Source: Octopus vulgaris
Lineage: Eukaryota
Length of the DNA stretch: 64,000 nucleotides
Direction of reading: 5' to 3'
Assembly: GCA_951406725.2 (NCBI GenBank)
Contig: OX597815.1
Span: 27,590,001 to 27,654,000 of the forward strand
Positions 11,991 to 24,788 of this stretch are shown piece after piece. Position 1 is the first letter of the stretch. Each line of letters opens with the position of its first letter. The translations under genes were made by a program, and so were the position numbers. The notes beneath the pieces are model-generated. The model was not told the DNA's origin. It ran no database searches and worked only from the letters and a program-made list of their open reading frames with translations.

Positions 11991-13504
11991 TAAGCATGGG
12001 GGGTTGCAAGCATGGGGGGTCAATGTTGTAAAATAATCTGCTTCTTGAACTCTGTCAGTCTGGTGAAATTCATGTATCACTTGGATGCTCACTTCAGTAA
12101 CAGTTTATTGCAGAACTTAACATTCACCTACATGTGCTTTTAAGTTTTTACCTATGTAAAACAACATGTGTGTGTTCTTATTTTAACACCTGTTTTACTT
12201 TGTGGTATAGGTTGGGTGGGTAATACAACATAACACATATTTCAGTCTTACATCCTCTTGTCTATCAAGATTTCTCCTTATCATATTGTCTTTCTGTATT
12301 GTCTTTGATAAATTTTCTCTGTCATGACTATCTTCTCAACTAAATATATGAATAATTTCTCACTGAGCACTTTCTTGCGCAAACTTTATTTAGTTCTTCT
12401 TTCTTTTCTTAATGGGTATAAAGAAAACCAGTTGGCTAATAATATTAGAACTTAGCCTCCCAACCCAAGTCTGTTCTAGTCCCTTTCACCAACTTTTTTA
12501 CAAATGAAACTTCTCATGTAGCATAACTATTCGAGACTCAGTTTTCTATTCACCAGAATAACTAAAGTTATTTAGTGATAACTAAAAGTGAATACTAAAC
12601 CAATAAGGAAGAAGAAGAAAAAAAATACTTGCAACAAACAAGCACATTAGCTATGAAATTGGTCAAAGTCTAAATCATTTGGTCATGAAAACAAGCAGAT
12701 ACCAACAAAGCTAAATGAACGTTGTCATAGATCTAGAAGGAAAAATAAATATTTGGCAAGTCTTCATTGATTTATATTTCTGTTTCTTAGTTTGTTAATT
12801 TTTACTTTCTTTTTCTACTTTGACCTTCAAGAAATATCATGGTAATGATTCATGCTGTAACCTGGAATGATATTACCAACAGTGACATATTATCTGCAAC
12901 TAATTGAAGCTCAGCTGTCTTGTATTTTAGCTTTTATATAATTTTTTTTTTCTTCTCTTTTCTATGTTAGTGTCGTAGAAGTTGTTGAAACAACATAGTA
13001 TTACTTGTCTTTTGAGATCTTTGCCAACTTCTATCTGCGTTTTTGCTTCCAAATTTCTGATGCTAAGATTTTTCTGAACAGTAAACTTATTGTTTTTACC
13101 GAATTCCTCATTTACACAAACACACTTGCATACAGTCACTCTATGTGTGTATGTGTGTGTGTCTTTTTTTTGTTTTTTTTTTTTTTTGAAAGAAATACAT
13201 ATAACCACATATCCATACACATTACACATACATATATCTTCATTGCAAATACACATGAAGGATGCAGCGTGCACATATGTAATATATCCATATTGATGTG
13301 TCTAAATGTGTACAATATGTATTTGTATGTTAATGATACCATATAAAGGATGGAATGTTGAGATATATATCTTGTTAAATGGTTTCTTCTTACATAACTT
13401 GCACATCTTAGATGTTATTGTCTGCCTTAACTATAGCCATTTGCCTTTTTTTACCGCCAATTTTTCTGGCAACTCACCACATTTTAGTGAATATCTGTGA
13501 CCTA

Positions 13505-13535
<31 letters not shown>

Positions 13536-13766
13536 TCTTTCTCTTTCTCTCTATCTATCTATTTATCTATCTATCCATCTGTTTCCATACTTTCTCTCAC
13601 TTATTATTCTGCTCGCTTCCTATCAAGATGAGACAAATCTTCCTGATTTGCAATGTCGCTTTTCTTTCTTCAAAGAACTACTTTCAACAACAGATATCTT
13701 GTTTGTATTTTTTTTCATCCTTCTTTGATTTTTATTTATGTATTTATTTGTTTATTATTATTATTA

Positions 13767-13800
<34 letters not shown>

Positions 13801-14409
13801 TGTTGTTGTTGTCTCCTTGAGCTTAATTTTTCAGCAAACATAAACATATCTTTAGGCACATATTAATTCAGTACCACATACACATTTATTTATTTTTTTT
13901 CTATTTTTTGATACATTGATAAGTATTCGCCCACAGCATACATTTTCTAGTATGATTAAAGGCACATGTTTATCGATGTGATCTCATACATGCACAATTA
14001 TACAATTACAAACATACATAATTCATATGTGTATATTTAATGCGTATGTGCTTCCATACTGTCTAAACATGAACAGATAACCAAGTCCTTGCGAGTTGTT
14101 TAGTCCCAAGTCAACTCTCATCAAAAACAGCCCAGCTGTGATTGTCTTGTCTTTTATTCAAGCATGATATGTCTAAAACTACATTATTTAATGCATCCTT
14201 CCTTTTTTCCTAGAAGGTAGGGTGCACTTTGAGGGAAATTGACTATGAGTTCTAACAAATCAAGTGACCATATGAAGCAAATAATTTTGGTTTAGAATAG
14301 CATTTCCAGTGACAATCATTCAGTTATGAAGTAGGGAATGGTATTTTCTAAATCAGTAAACTGAATTAAATATAGCAAAATACCTTGCTGAACAGCTTAC
14401 ATAGTATCT

Positions 14410-15010
14410 ATCCGTCCATCCATCCATTTTCACTGTACTCTATTCCTGGGAGGGTCAGGGGTTAGAGTCCTGAGGTACCTCCTCCATGTAGGATCCTATC
14501 AGAAGCAACCATCATTACACTTTCCTACTGGATTCCCAATTGTGACCATCTGAGACTATGGATGTTATCCCTCCATCTCACTCTTGGCTTACTCTTAGGT
14601 CTCCTGCTGGTTGACTTGGCTTGAAAAATCTCTCTTGCAATACTTTCTTGTGGCACTCTAACTACATGTATGTAGTTAGAATGCCAGTCGCCATGATAGA
14701 TCGTTAGCCACTACACAGATTTTTTTCTCTCCTTGTTTTTTCTGTGTCCCTTTCTGTAGAAGAGCGTAGGCTCAAAACGTAAAAGACTTTTTCTATTCCT
14801 GAGCGCTATACTAATACATCTGTCTGTTTGTACACCACCTGCCTTCGTATTTTGCTTTTTTCATACTCTCTCTACATGTATGTAGTACTGGGGTCATGAC
14901 CTTACAATGTGGAGAAGTAGCTGCTTAACCAGGCCTGCTGACCTGAGTTAAAATCAAGCTTCACCTGTTGCACTGGAACCTTATTCTGTCATGGGAGCTT
15001 TATCCTGTCA
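14410..15010 (-). mobile_element. RTE-clade LINE 3' remnant, interrupted at 14677-14871
   Basis: Rejoined minus strand reads VKQLLLHIVRS*PQYYIHVVRVPQESIAREIFQAKSTSRRPKSKPRVRWRDNI; (GGAT)n-like tail at about 14410-14425. Confidence 0.7.
14677..14871 (+). mobile_element. Penelope-like pseudo-LTR remnant with a degenerate hammerhead motif
   Basis: Flanked by a 15 bp direct repeat ctacatgtatgtagt (14662-14676 and 14872-14886). Contains ctttCTGTAGAagagcgtaggctcAAAAcgtaaaag. A second copy is at about 47605-47795. Confidence 0.55.
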
Positions 15011-15254
15011 AACGCCCCAAATAAGGAACAAACATATATGTATGTTGAGTTTACAAACAAATGGAAAAAGCATTCCATGTATAGAAACTGTTTAGTTATT
15101 TATTGTAGTACTGAGATTATTCCTAGGGATTATTTCTACATCCCAGAGTTTTCTATCATTGCAATTATTTCTATTTTATTTACTCATGAAACACACCGCC
15201 TCAAAAAAATTAGTGCTTACTGGAAGCAAACTATTCAACATGCATACACGCATG

Positions 15255-15285
<31 letters not shown>

Positions 15286-15299
15286 TGTGTAATTGAATA

Positions 15300-15522
15300 C
15301 TGGCAGAAACGTTATCACGCTGGGCGAAATGCGTAGCCGTATTTTGTCTGCTGTTACATTCTGAGTTCAAATTCCGCCAAGGTCGACTTTGCCTTTCATC
15401 CTTTCGGGGTCAATAAATTAAGTACCAGTTACGCACTGGGGTCAATGTAATCGACTTAATCCGTTTGTCCATCCTTGTTTGGCCTCTCTGTGTTTAGCCC
15501 CTTGTGGGTTGTAAAGAAATAA
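15300..15522 (+). mobile_element. SINE family B (tRNA-like head)
   Basis: tggcagaaacgtta...gagttcaaattcc (A/B-box-like), then gtcgactttgcctttcatcctttcggggtc, and tail gtaaagaaataa. Confidence 0.8.
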
Positions 15523-15760
15523 GCATGATACTGAAAGGTAGTGAAATTCTTTTGTCAAACATCAAAATATTAACCGTTTAATGGATTATAATTTGAATTA
15601 TCATATACTTTCAAAAGTCTCCCTACCTTGCCTACCCAGAGAGTATATATGTATACATAATTGCCTCTGTGTGTGTGTGTGTGTGTTATGTGTATGTGTG
15701 TATTGTTATTTTAATTTTCTTTATTTAATTCTTGTTTCAGATATGGATTAAAGTTTAGTG

Positions 15761-16249
15761 ATGGCCACTTGCAATAATCTGCAATGTGTGGATAAGCAGA
15801 GCATTGAGGGTGATCCTGCCAGTGACAGTGCCAGTGATATTTACAAACCACCATCCAATTATTCCACATATTCCCAAGAGGTAAAATATATTTTTGATCC
15901 AACATGCAGTCTTCCTCACCAGGACTATTCTTACATAAGAGCTGGCAACAAAAACGGCCGCTTGTCTAGTTCTATCAATGGCCAACTAATGACTACATCC
16001 AGTTATTGCGCACGATCTTCTGGGTGCCATTCCCGGAGTAGTAATTACCAAATGGTCTCCTCCCATTATCACAGTCTTGAAGAATGCTACAAACAAGAAA
16101 CCCGGTCCCCTTTCTCTGCTTTAAAAGTCTCAAATGTGAGAAACAGCTCTGAAAATTTAAACTATAGTCATCCAATACGAGTTGACTGCAGAGATAGCAA
16201 AGAATCTGGACCGCCAAAACTAGCTCCTGTTAGTGGCATATTGACAAGA
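15761..16249 (+). CDS. Probable first coding exon (163 codons) of an LZTS/N4BP3-family (leucine zipper putative tumor suppressor-like) gene
   Basis: Polypyrimidine tract and acceptor ttcttgtttcAG end at 15740. An in-frame TAA at 15749 precedes ATG 15761. The frame is open and non-repetitive, Ser-rich, and ends at donor AGA|GTAAGT (16250, phase 0). C-terminal GPPKLAPVSGILTR resembles GPPPKLIPVSGKLEK of vertebrate LZTS proteins (recalled). No following IRPxAFKP exon was found in the window. Confidence 0.75.
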
Positions 16250-16714
16250 GTAAGTATAAAATTGCTAAATTTTTCAAATATGTTGTGAAATTTTATTGTC
16301 TCCAGAAATGTTTGTTTTTTTTCCTCATGATAAAAAGGGTAAAAAAAAAAGGCTGGCTAGAGCAAAAGCTAAACTAGTTACAATTTGAAGGAAATGCTAT
16401 ATGAACTCAAATGCTAAACTAAATATGAATGAGTAATACAGTAGTTAGTCTTCAATTGGTAATGTCGTATGAAGCAGTGATGCACTAAATGGCACATATT
16501 GCCCAGAAGTGTGCCACAGTAAGATTTGTGTATTTTGCATACAGTACACCAGCTGTTACTTGTGAGCATGTATGGCTTGGTAATATGTATTGTGCTTTTG
16601 CTAATTGGTTTAGGCATCTATGTAATCACAGTTGGGCATCCTCCGGGCCCTCTCAACTTTGATCCAGCAGAGCATCCAAAATCTGACAGCTGAAAGGAAA
16701 GAAGGCTGCACCAG

Positions 16715-17182
16715 AAGTTCTATATTTAAGAGATGAAGAATCATTATTTACATTTGACGGATATTTCTCCTCACACAACGTGTCTTGGGGTGTCATCAGG
16801 TGTCTTGGGAAAATTTCAAACCTGGGTTCTCATTCCTAAGGTATTTTTTGATATCATCATCATTATCGTCATCGTCATCATCATTATTATTATTATTATT
16901 CAGGTCACTACCTGGAATCAATCTTGGAATCTTGGGGTTAGTAGCCCATGCTCTTAACCACTACACCATATGCCCTTAGGCAATTATGGAGTGAATTTTA
17001 GGACTTATAAATCTAATATTCTCCTATCCTTCCTTAATACCGGTTCCCATATACTATTCATATCTGCACTCGGTCTGCTTAGGAGGTTGTTGTGTCCTAG
17101 CAGATGTGCTGCTTCTTTTAGTTTTCGGATTTTCTCTGTCTATTATTTTAATTTCATCCCACATCTCTTAAATATAGAACTT
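16715..17182 (-). mobile_element. Penelope-like element 3' fragment (GIY-YIG C-terminus, tRNA-like segment, hammerhead remnant)
   Basis: Minus strand reads WDEIKIIDRE / IRKLKEAAHLLGHNNLLSRPSADMNSIWEPVLRKDRRILDL*. Perfect 21 bp inverted ends aagttctatatttaagagatg (16715-16735 and 17162-17182). Confidence 0.7.
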
Positions 17183-18234
17183 ATGATCATGAGCCAAACA
17201 CCTTAACCATTAGGCCACGCACCTTTATTATGTATTAGGAAAGAGTTGTATGCATGTTATGACAAGTTTTTCAGAATCCTGCTATTTTAACTCTTTAGAT
17301 ATGGCAAATGATACTTTTTAATTGATTGTTTTTATATAGTTTGAATTAAATTTGTGCTGTAACATTGGTTTTTTGGTTTATTTAGTCAATATTGAATGTG
17401 CCATGGTCAAAAATAAAATATTACAGTGAGCTGACAGAGCATTGTAGTTGAGGTGAAGGTTGACTAAGGAATATTTAGAGGAAAATAAAGGAATCAAGTG
17501 TTAAACAGACATAAAAGAAAAAGATTGTTTTGATAACTTAACTATTCCCTATCAGCATGGCAAAACAAACATTGGAGCAAAGTTAATGAGTTAAATAATG
17601 AAGGTTTGTAACTCAGCTCAGTAGATTTGGCGAAATATATATTACAATATAAATACAATAAATATATATTACTTAGAATAATATTGCATCATCTTTATCG
17701 AATCTTAAAGTAATCTTGGAAAATTTTTATGGTTCTATCTGTACAAAGATTTTCTTTATGTGAAAGTTGATAGAAAAATATATTTAATCCCATTATAAAT
17801 TACATTGACCATATTGTAGGAGATTGACAGTTGTATAGAGAGATATTGTTAAACTAATAGTAAAATTTGTTAATAAAAGAAACTACTTATAAGAGCAAGG
17901 TTAAGAGTTTAGGTGCTAAGTGAAGCTAACCACTTGATCAAGGTCAGGGATTAGATATTGAGTAGTTCAGAGTAAGTTCAGAGATTCAGAGATAACATTT
18001 TAAATGGACAGAGATAAGATACTGAGTGAGACTGGCCAGTAAAGCAAGGCCACCCAGGGCTTGTTTGCTCAGTCTAATATCTGAATGTGGTTGGTCTTTA
18101 AATAGTTGGTGGCAGTGACATTTCCTCATTGTTAAAGATGTTGCCAAGATTTGTAAAACCTTGACACCATTGCTAGTGAATTTGATGAGTGTGGAGAAAG
18201 AGTTGTGAATTCAATCCTTAGTGTTTTGTCTTTC

Positions 18235-18430
18235 ATCCTTTAGTATTTAGATTATTCTATCAAAAGTAATCAAACATTATCTTGTTGCTTTGTGATCTTC
18301 GCGATGTGATGGTTTAATTTTAGAATGGCATTGTAGGGTTGATGGGAGAAGCCAGATCTAGCTAGATTGAACATAAAACATGTAGAATTATTTGGCGGGA
18401 TATGGCCGGTTTAAATGCTAAAGGGTTAAA
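18235..18430. mobile_element. piggyBac-like MITE family 2 (also 28965-29192, 29676-29902, 55325-56070)
   Basis: Termini (ttaa)ccctttagcatt...aatgctaaaggg(ttaa) and a shared interior across copies. Confidence 0.65.
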
Positions 18431-19484
18431 GTCCTTGTACTTATGGCACTGCTGTAATATGACAATGGGAAGGGGGCCTGTCTGATTATAGAGAGATACC
18501 TGTACTACATTCTGTCAAAGTCTGTCTTTATGCCTTTTTTCGGTGCTTAAAGAGAAATGCTATGACCATCACTTAAGGGAATTTGAACTCAGAGCACAAA
18601 GCACAAGAACAAGTACCACATGCCTTCCTGTCTACTCTAAGAATTCTTCAAATCATTGCTCTGAACTTGTACTTTATTGATCCCAAAAGAATGAAAGACA
18701 AAATTGACTGTCAGCAGGATTTGAACTCAGAGTAAAATAAGTCTCAGCTAAAATACTGGGGTGGTACCTGTTCTAAAATACTGGAGTGCTTTGTGTTCTG
18801 AGCTTCGAAAACTAAAATAAACAACACAGTCCATTTTGTCTGGCACTTTAATGACCCTAATAACTGTTGATTCACAACCTCTCATTAAACAGTAAGATTA
18901 CAGAAAATAATGCTTTCTCAGTACTTAAGATTTTGATCATAATTATCAAATAAATAGAAATAAAAACTAAAAAAACTTCTTGCTTCAAAACAAAGAAATC
19001 TATTTGTAACTAATAAAAATGTATCTGGTACCATAATTGAAATGACAAGCTCCAATCAAGAATTGAAATAAAACTGCAAAGTCACTCTCTAAGAATGGAC
19101 CTATACGTCATAATGTTTCATACTGAAAACTTCTAATAACATTTGCACTTTCTGGGAATGTTTCTTGTCTTCTAAATAAACAAATAACAATATTACAAGT
19201 CTAAACTAGGTCAGCACTTCAAATCCTTACGTTTGACAAGTCTTGTCTTCATATTTCTTACTTGAAACAGTAACCTCTGCCACTAGTGGTGTTAAATTCT
19301 TCATAGATTAACCTAATTTATGTTTCATCCAAATTCTTTTTAGTATTCTGGGAACATGTAAGTAAAACTGACACTTATAATGTTTTCAACATGGTACATG
19401 GCTTAGATTTAGAGGGGTAAAACACCTGAGAATTAAAACTAAGAGTTATGACAGCTTGTCCGGAATTTATTTCCTCTCTTGAAG

Positions 19485-19865
19485 CTCTGTGATAAGTAGC
19501 TTGCTTACCAACCACATGGTTCCGGGTTCAGTCCCACTGTGTGGCACCTTGGGCAAGTGTCTTTTATTATAGCCTCGGGCCGACCAAAGCCTTGTGAGTG
19601 GATTTGGTAGACAGAAACTGAAAGAAGCCTGTAGTATATATGTATATACATGTGTGTGTGTGTTTGTGTTTGTACCCCTACATCGCTTGACAACTGATGC
19701 TGCTGTGTTTACGTCCCCGTAACTTAGCGGTTCAGCAAAAGAGACCAATAGAATAAGTACTAGGCTTACAAAGAATAAGTCCTGGGGTTGATTTGCTCGA
19801 CTAAAGGCGGTGCTCCAGCATGGCCACAGTCAAATGACTGAAACAAGTAAAAGAGTAAAGAGTAA
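19485..19865 (+). mobile_element. CORE-type tRNA SINE (family C)
   Basis: B-box-like gggttcagtccc, CORE-like gtggcaccttgggcaagtgtctt, internal microsatellite, and tail ggcggtgctccagcatggccacagtcaaatgactgaaacaagtaaaagagtaaagagtaa. Confidence 0.85.
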
Positions 19866-19924
19866 TGTCCCTATCTGATACTTAGTTCCAAATCTTATGG
19901 ATCTGTTGTGTGTGTATGTGTGTT

Positions 19925-21420
19925 GTAAAACCAGAACAATGTGAGAAGGTACAACATAAACTATAAATTGAAAAGAAAATGGAACAAAGTTGTAGTTTTA
20001 CCTTGTGTTTCTATATTTTGGGGTGAAGACCCCTTTTTCAGGACATTCGGAAAAGTGGTGGTTAGAAAAAGTTTATTGCTCAGAGTGGGAGGAGGAAGGT
20101 GGCATGTGCAGACAGCTGGTGCTGTAGCAATCAGTCTGCTTCATGTTCTTTCTTTCTGTTAGTGGTTGGTTTCAATTTGTTTATAAGAAGGGCTTCCATA
20201 ATTCTGAGATTGCCCCTATTGTGTTGGATTACCTTGATGGGAACTTTGAAGTTCTGGGTTTGGCACTTCTTGAAGCGTTTCTTTGTCAAAATGTCTGTCT
20301 ACATGTGCTCCTTTATACAGATGTGTAGTTTCCTAGTTGTGCTCCCTGTACAGGATGGTCCAGATTTATTGCTGACTACCTTGTGAACTACGTAGGCCCT
20401 TGAGCATGTTTTGATGTTGTTGATGGGGCAGTTGGTGAGTGAGCACCACATGGTGCTCTCTGTGATGTTTTCCTTGACAGAACTTTCTTCAATTAAAGGT
20501 GGCGAGCTGACAGAAACGTTAGTACGCTGGGCGAAATGCTTAGCAGTATTTCATCTGCCGCTACGTTCTGAGTTCAAATTCCACCAAGGTTGACTTTGCC
20601 TTTCATCCTTTCGGGGTCGATTAAATAAGTACCAGTTACGCACTGGGGTCGATATAATCGACTTAATCCTTTTGTCTGTCCTTGTTTGTCTTCTCTGTGT
20701 TTAGCCCAACCCCTTGTGGGTAGTAAAGAAATAGGTATTTTGTCTGCCGCTACGTTCTGAGTTCAAATTCCACCGAGGTCAACTTTGCCTCTCATCCTTT
20801 CAGGGTTGATTAAATAAATACCAGTTACGCACTGGGATCGATATAATCGATTTAATCCTTTTGTCTGTCCCTGTTTGTCCCCTCTGTGTGTAGCCCCTTG
20901 TGGGCAGTAAAGAAATAAGAACTTTCTTCAGGAATAGACCAGTGTGTAACAGCTGTATTGAAGTCTCTCCCTGCTGATGGCATATAGGATAGCTGCCATT
21001 GTTCTGTCGTCAAAGTAGGACAGTCTAAGGAAGCACTTTTCTGACCTGATGTCATAGGTTTTCTTGTGTTGTTTACCCATTTTCATGCTTTGCAGATGCA
21101 GTTGTTTAGCTGTGGATGGTGGATAGCCGTTGTGCATTAAGTTCTTAAGGAACCACTTGGGTTTTGTCAGTTACTTCACTGCATCTGTCTTTTATGCATG
21201 TTCTTTCATTTTGTATCCATGCAGCTTTGGCTCTGGTGGGTAGGGCTGAATCATAATGCACAAACAGATTGCTACTCGCTGCTTTTTTGTAAAAATTCGT
21301 GTAGATGTAACCCTCCTCGGTGATCCTGATTTGGAAATCCAGCAAAGAGAGGGTTTCAGACTCATCTGGGTATTCAATCTCAAATTTTGTGACTGTTGAT
21401 GTAGTTGAATTTTTCATGTA
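19925..21420 (-). mobile_element. Decayed Penelope-like retroelement (RT C-terminus plus GIY-YIG endonuclease)
   Basis: ORF 21145-21417 KFEIEYPDESETLSLLDFQI..FYKKAASSNLFVHYDSALP is a PLE RT thumb signature. Near 20150-20350 the minus strand reads GSTTRKLHICIKEH..LRIMEALLINKLKP (GIY-YIG). Stops and frameshifts are present. Confidence 0.85.
20492..20917 (+). mobile_element. Dimeric family B SINE inserted in the Penelope-like element
   Basis: 13 bp TSD agaactttcttca at 20479-20491 and 20918-20930. The body is duplicated from gtatttt(g/c)tctgccgctacg onward. Confidence 0.9.
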
Positions 21421-21459
21421 TGGTGTTCACTTCTTCCTGGGAGAGGGCAAGCATCAGGA

Positions 21460-21978
21460 CATCATCAATGAGGTGGTCTGCTATAAATGTGAAGCATCTT
21501 ACACAGAGAGCATCACTAGGAAACTACACATCTGTATTAAGGAGCACATAAGGACAGACACTTTGATAAAGTAAACACCTCAAGAATTGCCAAACCTGGA
21601 ACTTCAAAGTTTCTATCAAGGCAACCCAATGCAACAGGGGCATTTTCAGAATTATGGAAGCCCTCCTCATAAACAAATTGAAACCAGCCATTAACAACAG
21701 GAAGGAACTACATGAAGTAGACTGATTACTATAGCAACAGCTGTCCGCGCATGTCACCTTCCTCCTTCCTCTCCTGTCCCTTCCCTCCTCACACACATAC
21801 ACATACACGTAAACACTTCTGAGCAACAAACTTTTTCTAACCACCACTTCCAAACGTCCTGAAGAACGGATCTTCACCCCCAAAATATAGAAATACCAGG
21901 TAAAACTGTAGCTTTGTTCTGTTTTCTTTTCAATTTGTACTTTACTGAGTACCTTCTCACATTGTTCTGGCCTTACAC
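21460..21978 (+). mobile_element. Inverted copy of the Penelope-like 3' end (GIY-YIG plus pseudo-LTR)
   Basis: Reverse-complement similarity to 19925-20345; encodes CYKCEASYTESITRKLHICIKEHI. Confidence 0.8.
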
Positions 21979-22189
21979 TGTTGCGTTCATATATATGTTT
22001 GTGTATCTGTATATATGTGTGTGTATTTGTATGTGTTTGTGTAATCTCAAGATTAATCAGCCGAAATTGCGAAGATGATCCGGTTCTTGACTGATGACTG
22101 AGGGCTTCGAATGTCCCGTCCTGTGGTTCTTGTGTCGTCTTCTAGGTGTTTCACGTTCTTGTCCCAGTGTGTATATATTTTTTACTTTT

Positions 22190-22229
<40 letters not shown>

Positions 22230-22997
22230 TATATATATATATATAGATATATATAGATATATATATATATGTATGTATGTAATTATATTACTATATTTGT
22301 TCCACGTCCTCGAGTTGTTGTGTTTTTTTGTGCTTTCATGTTTGAATTAACTATATATATATATATATATATATATAGCAGAGTGAATAGAGCATTCATT
22401 AGATTTAGAACACGTGATTATAACATCATCAGTAAAGAGGCATAAATTTGCTGTGTCAAACCTACTTAATTTGGCGGTATGTTAAAGCTGAGTTGACACA
22501 AGAAATTTATTGCCTTCAAACAATTATCATGCGCAACACAAAGTTTCCCAAAGAAGACTTAAAATTTTAAAAGCTGTTTGTTTGGGTTTACAAAGATTAT
22601 TTTCTATAGCTAGCTTGCTAATTGAATAAATATAATAATGAATTATTTCTTATATCTATTTCTTTCCTGTGGGTGTTACAGGTATAACATATTGAATCTG
22701 TGGCAAGTGTACTGTGTTTAAAGTAAAGTTGTTGTTCAGCAAGCAAAAAGATAACTGTGTATATACAAATATTGCATATGTAAACTAATACAGTAGGTGT
22801 TGGTGGTAAAATATAAATGTAGAAACTGTAGGACTAACATTGATATAACATAACTGATATGTAGGATAACCTTGTTATGAATCTTTCACAGAATATGCTG
22901 TTTCTATAAGGAGAAGCTTATGTGTGATTATCTCACAGTAGGGGCTGTATTTCACAAAATTGCCTATTAAAAGGAAAGAACTAAATCAGTGACATGT

Positions 22998-23214
22998 TAA
23001 CTCTTTCATTACCAACCCGGCTCTGGCTCTGAGTACAAATGTCTTGTTTTCATAAGTTTTGAATAAAAATCTTCCACCAAACTTTAGTCACAATTTATGT
23101 TCCTAACACTAGCTTAATGATAACCAAGTAATTTTACTAAATTCTTCATTATATTTAAAGCAATTGAAAGAAACACAGAGCATCTCAAAATAAATACAGT
23201 AACAAAAGAGTTAA
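22998..23214. mobile_element. piggyBac-like MITE family 1 (also 27512-27993, 35589-35798, diverged 8879-9084)
   Basis: TTAA-flanked with inverted termini ccctttcgttac...gtaacgaaaggg. Confidence 0.75.
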
Positions 23215-24788
23215 GAACAAGTTGATCAGAGATCTAATTATTGAAGAGTCTTTATCTGTTTAGTGAATTAGTGGATGTTTTCAATATACTTGTCAGATGT
23301 TGAGGTTGCGTTTGATAATATTAAGGGTGTTGTCCAAAAGCTACTTCTTTCTGAGTAGCAATCTAGATATGGTTATAATTCCAGAATTAGCACAATTTAT
23401 AATCATACTGTAGTATTGAGAATACTATGTTATTTGTTGTAAACCATATGTCCATTTGTGTGGTAATATGGATAGTCATTAGTAGGAAAGTACTGACCGG
23501 GCCTCTCTCAGCAGCATTATGACCCTTGGGCAAATCAGTGCAATGGGCCAAACAGTATTTATCGACAAGCTATCTATATATTTAGACTAGAATTTGGTCC
23601 CTAAACCCAGCAGGCCCATGGGCAACTGCCCAGTGTACCCATGCCTTAAGACAGCATTGGTACTAATGTTGTTAATTGGATTAGAAATAAAATGGAAAAA
23701 ATATATACTGTGTATGCATCAAAACAGAAAAAGGCCTGCCTCAAAATGTCTCTCTGCCATCTGACAACACAATATGAAACTCTTCTATTATGCTGCCTAG
23801 CCCTAGGCTCCCTTCTTGAAGTGCTCTCTGTTGCCACCATTTCAACCAGATCTCTGATCAGAGAATAACTTTCTTCCACTGGTCTCAGAACCCCAGTAAA
23901 AGGTCTTAGGCATTTCTCTTTCTCCTCAGAGTAATTCATATAGTGTACATGCATGTGTGTATTAAACAAAATTAGGGGTGACAGGTACTTTGTGCTAGCC
24001 TTTGTTGATGCCCTTTCTACTGCCAACCTTCACCTGATTCCACAAAGCAAGGTAATACTCCCCTAGTCCTTTGAACAGCTAACAGCTCTGACATAGTTAC
24101 AAGCTTCTTTTGTATACAAAGGTTTACATGACATGTCAAGAAGCCCAAATGTGATTTTGTGATTGACTGCAAGTATAGGACATTGCTTGTATTGATAGCA
24201 AGGTTGTTGTTTTGTTTACAGTCAGTAAAGGCAAGGAGAAATGTGAACTCACTCATGCAAGCATATACATGATGCAACGTGAAGGTACAATATAATTAAC
24301 TAACCAGTACAATAAAAAACAGAGGGGATAGTACAGTGTAAGTTAGAGCTATAGTATTGTGTATAGTATAGTGTAATAAAAATGAAGGCTTTGATATTTT
24401 AGTAGTATTCTATAAGTATTTTATACAGTAATACATAGTAGTAAGGTTAAAGACTACTGTAAATAAACTACATATATTCTCTGTGGCTCTCAACAATGAG
24501 TATTACAGTTGTTAATCAACTGAGCTATCTGTTCACTGAATTAGCATGTAATGGGCTAAATATTCCTCAGACACAGTCAATGTGGTACCAATATGTGAAA
24601 GACTGAATTTTTGAATTACCGATACTGTCCAGCCAGCAGAATTCCACATGCAGTTTCTGTTTCCATAAGTTCCCTCATAAGCATTGTTCTGATTGATCCA
24701 AAGTTAGAGAAGAAGCTACTTGCACTAAATGTTATACAGTAGAATCTAACAAGCAAACTTTTTAACTACTTTGACATGCCTATGTACT

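Noticed and set aside
22085-22120. Possible hammerhead (CTGATGA here, CTGAAGA at about 3082)
   Set aside because: No GAAA or convincing stem II follows in either copy.
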